64,000 bases of DNA from Chitinophagales bacterium (GTDB lineage Bacteria; Bacteroidota; Bacteroidia; Chitinophagales; JADJOU01), in contig JBIPPB010000001.1 in assembly GCA_044368655.1 (NCBI GenBank), positions 75,317 to 139,316 on the forward strand, read 5' to 3'. Position 1 is the first letter of the stretch; every line of letters begins with the position of its first letter. The notes beneath the pieces were generated by a model. The model did not search any database and was not told the origin of the DNA. It worked only from the letters and a program-made list of their open reading frames with translations. Made by a program: the position numbers and the translations under genes. Below are positions 58,201 through 64,000 of the stretch, in pieces.

Positions 58201-60660
58201 AAAACAATTACTGTAAATAATTCTGGAGTGTACTGCGTAACCATTGTGGATAAAAATGGATGTATTAAATCGGCTTGTACAACAATTCAAGTTTTGCCTC
58301 CAGTCAATATTACTTGTAATTTGACAGCAAATTTTGTGTGGAATACACAATCAAATGGAAGCATACAGTTTATGGATAGCTCAAGAGCCGCAGGAAATGG
58401 AATGACCTATTTATGGAGTTTTGGAGACGGCACGTTTTCACAATTGAAAAATCCAGTTAAAAATTATAATGCTTCAGGTACATTCACCGTAACATTATTG
58501 GTTTATTCTTGGTCAAGTAGTCAAAACCAAATCTGTGCCGACACCGTTCAAAAACAAATTACAATAACAAGTAATAATACCAATCCTTGTAGCCAAATTA
58601 TTCCAAATTTCATTTGGACACAAAATGGAAATGTTTATAATTTTTCAAATACAACCGACACGGCAGCGATAACCATTTTAAATACGCAATGGCAATTTAG
58701 CGATGGAACGACCATTAATTTTGCAAATCCTTCTCGTTCGTTAACCATTGCAGGGAATTATTCCGTTGTAATGCGATTGATAGTCCGACACAACACAACC
58801 AATCAAATTTGTACGCTTCAAGTTGCAAGAATTATCAATGTGATTAATAATAGTAATATTTGCGCTAATCTAAAGGCAAGGTTTAGTCATACTAAACAAA
58901 ATAATGTTGTAAATTTTGTAAACCAATCTACAGGAATTGTAGGATCTCCACAATATTTATATATTATTAGTAACGGGGATTCGATTAAAACGGCGAATGG
59001 TCAATATACATTTACAAAATCGGGCATGTATAAAATAACATTTAAAGTGCGTCAAAATATTGGAAATACAATTTGTACTGACTCTACGACTCGTTTGATT
59101 CAAATATTTTTATCTAATAATTGTAAAGACTCGCTTTATCAAGATACGTTTACAAAATGTAATACGTTTGTAAGCCCTGTTTGTGGATGTGATTCGATTA
59201 CTTATGCCAACTCTTGTTTAGCATTTAAAGCAGGCGTTAAAATATCTCGTCAAGGTGTTTGTGCAAACGACCCGAACTATGTAAAAATTTGCGGATTTGT
59301 TGTAAATGATACGAACAGAAATTGTCAAAAAGATTCAACAGATGCTGGAATTCGAAACATACGCGTTCGAATAAACAGTGGAAATACATCGCGTGTAGCA
59401 ATTACCAATGCGTTTGGTTATTATGAAACGTGGATGCCAAAAGGTACGTTTATTATTACACAAGAATTAGTAGTAAATAATACCATCTTAAATCCAGGTG
59501 TGTTTCAAAGATGTAATTTAGCGCCGATTTCTCTTAATGCAAATCAAGGCGGTCAGACCTATTGTGGAAATAATTTTTATGATTCATTAAGTGGATGTAG
59601 AGATTTAAAAGTAGCTTTAAATCGTTATACAACAACGACGCCAGGTTTTTCACAAAATAATATTATTTCTTATCAAAACAATAGCCCTAATACGATTCAA
59701 AATGTGGTTTTAAAATATAAAATGACAACAAATACCACACTTACTTTTGCTTCTCCAACATATACGGTATCTTCAAATATTATTTCGTGGAACTTAGGAA
59801 CATTAGCACCATTTGCATCAGGATCTAAAACGGTAAAATCCTTAGTTCCGGTTAATTATGGGTTAGGAATTGTAAGTATTGACAGTGCTTGGATTGAACC
59901 ATATACATCAGACTGTAATATTGCTAACAATAAGGCCGTAAAAGTAGATACAAGTGTCGGTAGTTATGATCCAAACGATAAAACGGCATTTCCAGGCGGT
60001 AACATCGATACATCCGTAAAATCGTTGACGTATTTAATTCGTTTCCAAAATACGGGAACGGCACCAGCTAGAAATGTAGTAGTCGAAGATGTCATTACAA
60101 ATAATATTGATTTCAGCTCTATTCGATTAAAATCACTTTCTCATGAAGGGCAAATGTTAATTGAAGAAAACAGAAAATTAATTTTTGAGTTTCCAAATAT
60201 TATGTTACCGGATAGTGCTTCCGATCCAGAAGGAAGTATTGGATATATTACATTTACTGCAAATCTAAAAGACGGTATTTCCGTTGGCGACGAAATAAAC
60301 AACTTTGTGGACATATACTTTGATTTTAATGATCCAATTCGAACTAATACAGCCAAAAATAAGGTTGTTCTAGAATCCAATAGTTCAATTAATGATTCAG
60401 AGAAAGGCTACGAGATTCGTTTTTATCCAAATCCAATGACCGAAGGAGAGGCCAATATTCTAATGTTGCTTCAAAATAGTTCAAATATTCAATTTAATTT
60501 ATTTGATATACAAGGAAGATTAAAATGGAATTTTGAAAAACTTCGTTCGGGCAATCAATTTTTAATTCCAGTACAATGGCATGATTTACCAAAAGGAATT
60601 TATTTGCTACAAGTAAAAGTTAATGGGATATCTAAAGAAGTTATCCGAATCGAAAGATAG
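55261..60660 (+). CDS. giant modular T9SS (type A sorting domain) surface protein with PKD, Kazal-like and Cna-B/DUF11-like domains
   Basis: Signal peptide MKKLLLLTALTIQLLIQAQ (the ORF also opens at 55234). Contains two ENFG...RxDDxxxxG domains, six Cys-framed ~91-aa modules, three PKD motifs (WSFGDG, WQFSDG) and a PVCGCDSITYANSC Kazal-like core. Also contains YDPNDK...FQNTGTAPARNVVV. The C-terminal tail is YPNPM...GIYLLQVKV. Confidence 0.85.
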   Translation: MKKLLLLTALTIQLLIQAQTTIFSENFGTPTGNTTIPNYVNGTAPATFQRKATHLFAGSADIRVTGQSSTYTGFSAGGNLWLTNTANRDLVISKINTLNHTFITLSFGFFQTSSTAQIILAEFSTDSINWTNIAFTRPSSGAWALVTATTNLPADSNLKIRFRQPTSGTLNSYRVDDIRITGFANTPCASSPVLNSYQATNICPNWTVQLDSTFIPTNKPASSKITWHTGDTAKNNNKMGNLNVDPGTYYISFYDSTNNCYSATKAVTVTQTNCNQTCFYNENFGSPTVTTGVDTFLGFQSGAPISYKGNVDVRTTSTSNGYSGASGSGNVFLTSTSLPRRLTISGINSLNYKNLQLSFGLMKSTNDSFKLNIQVGLDTLNMTSLSYSTVLGQNQWVYITPTGNIPKTTNLYIRFSNSNTSQFRLDDLKLCGEPICNLIPTLNDTMATNDCPDTTVNLGLYFQAPNQPTNLKLTWHTMASANPNNKMTNLLVSGPAVYYASYYDSANNCYSATRKVYVTKTTCGSNCNIIPVLNDTMATNDCPDTTVNLGLYFQAPNQPTNLKLTWHTMASANPNNRMTNLTVSTQGEYFASYFDSLNNCYSATKKIVFNKISCNTPICQVKPILIDTIISNTCPDTTVNVENVILEQNKPTNAKLTWHNGSNATPNTKLSSLILSQAGDYFVSYFDSANNCYGPTQKVIFDKITCSNTCVNKPNITDTILFNTCPDTTINTNLVVVNGVNFGQEVTWHNSVVADASSEIQKPSLVIQNSTFYIALKETLNNCYTPTQKVQFIISKQVGANSLVLDTAICSSSSIKFNGRTYTQKGTYTDTIIKKGGCDSFVRIRISHLDSLKTPNLGQSIITNICPDTTINLNQKVTVLNNAFGAILQWHDTTRPTPNNRYFDSIVYSSKVLYAFFKDTNNGCYSNPRMLMVNIKNCDSPQCDTSKILLSFSYANKILSANVAGAALPISYFWNNNNVTKTITVNNSGVYCVTIVDKNGCIKSACTTIQVLPPVNITCNLTANFVWNTQSNGSIQFMDSSRAAGNGMTYLWSFGDGTFSQLKNPVKNYNASGTFTVTLLVYSWSSSQNQICADTVQKQITITSNNTNPCSQIIPNFIWTQNGNVYNFSNTTDTAAITILNTQWQFSDGTTINFANPSRSLTIAGNYSVVMRLIVRHNTTNQICTLQVARIINVINNSNICANLKARFSHTKQNNVVNFVNQSTGIVGSPQYLYIISNGDSIKTANGQYTFTKSGMYKITFKVRQNIGNTICTDSTTRLIQIFLSNNCKDSLYQDTFTKCNTFVSPVCGCDSITYANSCLAFKAGVKISRQGVCANDPNYVKICGFVVNDTNRNCQKDSTDAGIRNIRVRINSGNTSRVAITNAFGYYETWMPKGTFIITQELVVNNTILNPGVFQRCNLAPISLNANQGGQTYCGNNFYDSLSGCRDLKVALNRYTTTTPGFSQNNIISYQNNSPNTIQNVVLKYKMTTNTTLTFASPTYTVSSNIISWNLGTLAPFASGSKTVKSLVPVNYGLGIVSIDSAWIEPYTSDCNIANNKAVKVDTSVGSYDPNDKTAFPGGNIDTSVKSLTYLIRFQNTGTAPARNVVVEDVITNNIDFSSIRLKSLSHEGQMLIEENRKLIFEFPNIMLPDSASDPEGSIGYITFTANLKDGISVGDEINNFVDIYFDFNDPIRTNTAKNKVVLESNSSINDSEKGYEIRFYPNPMTEGEANILMLLQNSSNIQFNLFDIQGRLKWNFEKLRSGNQFLIPVQWHDLPKGIYLLQVKVNGISKEVIRIER
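56566..57387 (+). repeat. in-frame tandem repeat, three units of 273-276 bp (modules 2-4 of the 1808-aa protein)
   Basis: Units start at 56566, 56839 and 57115. 56584-56730 versus 56857-57003 differ at 7 of 147 nt by my count. Confidence 0.9.
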
Positions 60661-60683
60661 TATTTTAAAATTTATTTATAGAT

Positions 60684-60713
60684 AGAAATGCGCTCTAATT
60701 AGAGCGCATTTCT
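60684..60713 (+). terminator. rho-independent terminator after the 1808-aa gene
   Basis: Perfect 13-bp stem AGAAATGCGCTCT-AATT-AGAGCGCATTTCT, followed by GTTTG. Confidence 0.8.
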
Positions 60714-60789
60714 GTTTGATATTTTTATTAAATAATATAAATGTAATATTTAAATTTAAATATATTTGTAAAGTTAAACCATAAAGAAA

Positions 60790-61344
60790 ATGAATCAAAA
60801 ACTAAAATTTACATTGATTTCAGCTTGGATACTTTTTTCTAGAAGTTATGATGCGTATTGTACTTATTTATTAACACCAGATTTAACTAAAGAGGCAAAT
60901 CCGCTTGTGACCATTTTAGGTGTTTCTTCATGGTCGACTTTACTTGTGATTATTGGTGTATTGACTATTTATGTTATATACGCTTATTTTATTAGTGTTT
61001 TTAAACCAATGGATTTAATGCCAAAAGAAAAAGGATATACATTTAGTCAATTTATTACTTTTCTATATTTAGGAAATAAAGAAAATGTGGTCTCTATATT
61101 TTATAAGTTGCCTAAAGATTTAAAAAGAGCAAATACATATTTTGGACAGATATTGACGCAATGTTTAGTTTATGCAGGTGTTGTTTCAACTATAATGTGG
61201 CTATTTATAAATTATACTGATTTTTACAAGACAATTCATAGTGCACCTTTAGTTTATTTAATCTTAATTGGAGGCTGTTTAATTATTGCATATAAATGGA
61301 ATAAAGATTTATATAAAAAATATCTAGCTGAAGTTACCGTATAA
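60790..61344 (+). CDS. hypothetical multi-pass membrane protein
   Basis: 184 aa with four or five hydrophobic helices. No family recognised. Confidence 0.5.
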   Translation: MNQKLKFTLISAWILFSRSYDAYCTYLLTPDLTKEANPLVTILGVSSWSTLLVIIGVLTIYVIYAYFISVFKPMDLMPKEKGYTFSQFITFLYLGNKENVVSIFYKLPKDLKRANTYFGQILTQCLVYAGVVSTIMWLFINYTDFYKTIHSAPLVYLILIGGCLIIAYKWNKDLYKKYLAEVTV

Positions 61345-61379
61345 AAAATTACAAAAGCAAATACTAAGGAAGCCTCAGT

Positions 61380-62147
61380 TTATTTTCTATAAATAACACT
61401 TGCTGCAGCTTGTTGGCTTGGCAAAATAGTAACATCGGCGATACAAACATGTTTTGGAGCAGATAAAACATACCAAACCAAATCTGCAATATCTTCGCTT
61501 TTTAATGGCTCAAAACCTTCGTAAACCTTTTTTGCTCTATCGGTATCGCCCTTAAAACGCACTTCCGAAAAATTGGTTTCCACTGCGCCCGGTGCGATAT
61601 TGGTAACTTTTATATGCTTTGACGTTAATTCAAGCCTTAGTCCTTCGCTGATGGCTTCAACTGCCTTTTTGGAAGCACAATACACCACGCCGTTTTCATA
61701 CGTTTGTTTTCCTGCGATAGAGCTAATATTTATAATATGTCCATTTTGATGCGGTTCCATAAATGGTAAAACCGCTCGGGTTACATATAAAAGTCCTTTT
61801 ACATTTCCATCCATCATTAGATCCCAGTTTTCGATTTCGTCATCCGCAATTTTTGCCAAACCATGCGCATTGCCTGCATTATTTATCAAAACATCAATAT
61901 TTGGAAAACTCGTAGATAGTTCTGAAATTTCTTTAAATACGGCTTTTTGGTCTCGTACATCAAAACACAAAATTTTACAATCTTCGGGGGCATCCATTTC
62001 AGATTTTGTTTGCTCAAGCTTGTCGATTTGTCTGCCACAAATGATGGTGTAATAATTGTTTTTATTGAGATTTAATGCTATCGATTTTCCGATTCCTGAG
62101 CTCGCGCCGGTAATTAAAGCAATTTTTTTCATTGGTAAAATTTTCAA
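61380..62147 (-). CDS. SDR family NAD(P)-dependent oxidoreductase (YdfG-like)
   Basis: Contains TGASSGIGKS, NNAG, and the Ser...YxxxK catalytic triad (SSIAG...YCASK). Alternative start MKKIALITG at 62129. Confidence 0.85.
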   Translation of the reverse strand: MKILPMKKIALITGASSGIGKSIALNLNKNNYYTIICGRQIDKLEQTKSEMDAPEDCKILCFDVRDQKAVFKEISELSTSFPNIDVLINNAGNAHGLAKIADDEIENWDLMMDGNVKGLLYVTRAVLPFMEPHQNGHIINISSIAGKQTYENGVVYCASKKAVEAISEGLRLELTSKHIKVTNIAPGAVETNFSEVRFKGDTDRAKKVYEGFEPLKSEDIADLVWYVLSAPKHVCIADVTILPSQQAAASVIYRK

Positions 62148-62248
62148 AATGATATGTATAAAAAGAAATACAAAAATAGGGGTTCTATTTTTAGTCGAAT
62201 TTTAATTTATGATGTATTACTTTTGCAAGAATAAAAATAGGTATAAAA

Positions 62249-63271
62249 ATGGATATCAATCCAAGAAAAAATAGTTTGATGGAACAAGAAGATCAAGAAA
62301 TTGATAAGGCGCTCCGACCAAAGCGACTTAAAGATTTTACAGGTCAGGAAAAGTCCGTTGAAAACCTAGAAATATTTATACAAGCTGCAAAGTTACGAGG
62401 TGAAGCCTTAGATCACGTTTTGCTTCATGGGCCTCCCGGTTTAGGAAAAACGACACTTTCTAATATTATAGCTTCTGAATTGGAAGTGGGTATCAAAATT
62501 ACTTCAGGGCCTGTCCTCGAAAAACCTGGCGATTTAGCAGGTCTTTTAACTAATTTAGAACCGCATGATGTTTTATTTATAGATGAAATTCATCGCTTGA
62601 GTCCTGTTGTCGAAGAGTATTTGTATTCAGCGATGGAGGATTATAAAATTGATATTATGATTGATACCGGCCCAAATGCGCGCTCGGTTCAGATTTCTTT
62701 AAATCCGTTTACGCTTATTGGAGCAACGACACGATCGGGTTTATTAACGGCACCGCTTCGTGCCCGTTTTGGTATTAATGTTCGAATGGAATATTATACA
62801 TTGGACGTTTTGGCGGGTATCATTTCCCGAAGTAGTTATTTACTACAAACTGACATTGAGAATAAAGCAGCTTTGGAGGTTTCTCGAAGAAGTCGTGGTA
62901 CGCCAAGAATTGCTAATTTATTATTAAAACGAGTTCGTGATTTTGCTCAAATCAAAGGGGATGGTGCAATAACTTATGAAATATCAAAATTTGCTTTGGA
63001 TGCGTTGCATGTTGATGAATTTGGATTAGACGAAATGGACAATCGAATTTTAACGACGTTGATTGATAAATTTAAAGGAGGTCCGGTTGGATTAAATACG
63101 ATTGCAACAGCCGTTGGCGAGGAGCCCGGAACGATTGAAGAGGTTTATGAACCTTTTTTAATTCAAGAAGGTTTTATTAATCGAACAGCAAGAGGCCGAG
63201 AAGCAACTGAAAGAGCATATACGCACTTAGGTAAAACGCCTATTGCTAAGCAACAAAATTTATTTGATTAA
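62249..63271 (+). CDS. ruvB: Holliday junction branch migration helicase RuvB
   Basis: Contains [13 protein letters not shown], the Walker A motif GPPGLGKTT, the Walker B motif LFIDEIHRL, and the sensor motif [10 protein letters not shown]. Confidence 0.95.
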   Translation: MDINPRKNSLMEQEDQEIDKALRPKRLKDFTGQEKSVENLEIFIQAAKLRGEALDHVLLHGPPGLGKTTLSNIIASELEVGIKITSGPVLEKPGDLAGLLTNLEPHDVLFIDEIHRLSPVVEEYLYSAMEDYKIDIMIDTGPNARSVQISLNPFTLIGATTRSGLLTAPLRARFGINVRMEYYTLDVLAGIISRSSYLLQTDIENKAALEVSRRSRGTPRIANLLLKRVRDFAQIKGDGAITYEISKFALDALHVDEFGLDEMDNRILTTLIDKFKGGPVGLNTIATAVGEEPGTIEEVYEPFLIQEGFINRTARGREATERAYTHLGKTPIAKQQNLFD

Positions 63272-63283
63272 AAATTTTTAAAA

Positions 63284-63901
63284 ATGAATATTGGATTATT
63301 AATTATTTTAGTGACAGTTTTTGTTTCCTATCAAGGATTTAAAGATGTTGTGTTTTTTGAAAAATACAATTTTAATCCGTATCGAATTAAACGACATGGA
63401 GAATATTATCGGTTTCTAACGCATGGATTTTTACATTCAAATCAAATACATTTGATTTTCAACATGTTGACTTTGTATTTTGTTCAATTAAGTCTTGGAA
63501 AAGTGTATGGAGATTTATTTTTACCATTTTATATTTTTTCTATTGTTGCATCTACTTTATATGAGTTTTTTAAAAATCAAAATCAACCCTATTACAGAGC
63601 TTGTGGTGCCAGTGGAGCGGTAGCCGCCGCACTATTTTCTTTATTGATTTTTGCACCTTGGGGAAGGGTTTATGTCTTTTTTATTGTTCCCGTTTCTTTT
63701 TTAATGTTTGCCATTTTGTACATGGTGTATTCGATTACGCAATTACAAAAACAAGGCGAAAAAATTGCGCATAGTGTTCATATTTTAGGCGCAATAATTG
63801 GAGTCGTGAGTTCTATTGTTTTATTTCCTGCGTATTTCCAAAATTTTATAAATGAAATCATTCATTTTCCGGGCTTAGGAGTGCTTATTTTTGGACAATA
63901 G
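63284..63901 (+). CDS. rhomboid family intramembrane serine protease
   Basis: Six TM helices. HxxxxHxxxN-like block HGFLHSNQIHLIFNM, catalytic GASGAV, and the downstream HILGAIIG. Confidence 0.8.
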   Translation: MNIGLLIILVTVFVSYQGFKDVVFFEKYNFNPYRIKRHGEYYRFLTHGFLHSNQIHLIFNMLTLYFVQLSLGKVYGDLFLPFYIFSIVASTLYEFFKNQNQPYYRACGASGAVAAALFSLLIFAPWGRVYVFFIVPVSFLMFAILYMVYSITQLQKQGEKIAHSVHILGAIIGVVSSIVLFPAYFQNFINEIIHFPGLGVLIFGQ

Positions 63902-64000
63902 TTTTATAAAATTCCCACGCGCGTTTTTCGCTCCAATATTGTTTGCGAAAATTTACAAAACCTACATGTCCTCCACTTTCAGGCGTTTCTAAATAAAGAA
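63885..64000 (-). CDS. C-terminal fragment of an alpha/beta hydrolase (YheT/ABHD-like); gene runs off the right edge
   Basis: Own translation of the minus strand gives ...LYLETPESGGHVGFVNFRKQYWSEKRAWEFYKTIVQK, with the stop at 63887-63885. The GGHVGF near the C-terminus is typical of this family. Only 38 aa are visible. Confidence 0.4.
   Translation of the reverse strand, partial: LYLETPESGGHVGFVNFRKQYWSEKRAWEFYKTIVQK

Overview
The window is an AT-rich chromosomal segment, roughly one-third G+C by eye, and looks like Bacteroidota (Flavobacteriia/Cytophagia-like). Three things support that assignment. There are four very large secreted proteins carrying type IX secretion (T9SS) C-terminal sorting domains, three of type A and one of type B. 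TAnnTTTG -7 promoter boxes sit in front of several genes. Typical Bacteroidota families are present (DUF2723, GSCFA, DUF4159, DUF3467, SbsA-Ig lipoprotein).

Most of the window is housekeeping. It includes a methylmalonyl-CoA mutase fragment, pfkA, obg, PBP1A, glpK, nadD, pepP, recQ, ybeY, mfd, aroK and ruvB. It also includes a rhomboid protease, a WbaP-like sugar transferase and a WbpD/WbpE-like amino-sugar pair.

Accessory content is limited to two kinds of element:
- A four-gene arsenic operon (arsR, ACR3, DUF6428, LMW-PTP arsC).
- The giant surface proteins of 426, 2286, 1493 and 1808 aa.

I found no tRNA/rRNA, CRISPR array, transposase/integrase or prophage genes. I found no recognisable defence or toxin-antitoxin system, and I cannot support a claim of a new multi-gene system. 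The observations most worth a second look are:
- Two unrelated perfect palindromes, each overlapping a -7 box, inside the ars operon. The neighbouring DUF6428 protein ends in a cysteine cluster.
- A tandem pair of T9SS genes sharing a 571-nt indel-free 3' block that contains a 121-nt patch with one mismatch.
- An 1808-aa T9SS protein with six copies of an unassigned Cys-framed ~91-aa module (two of them ~95% identical in DNA) plus a Kazal-like domain.
- A twin 16-bp palindrome, TGTTCCACGTGGAACA, placed just after the stops of two convergent genes.
- A dihydroorotase-like protein that has lost its metal and catalytic residues.
- A 431-bp AT-rich gap next to an isolated ybaB, carrying a few DnaA-box-like 9-mers.

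All family names come from motif recognition by eye. No database search was run.
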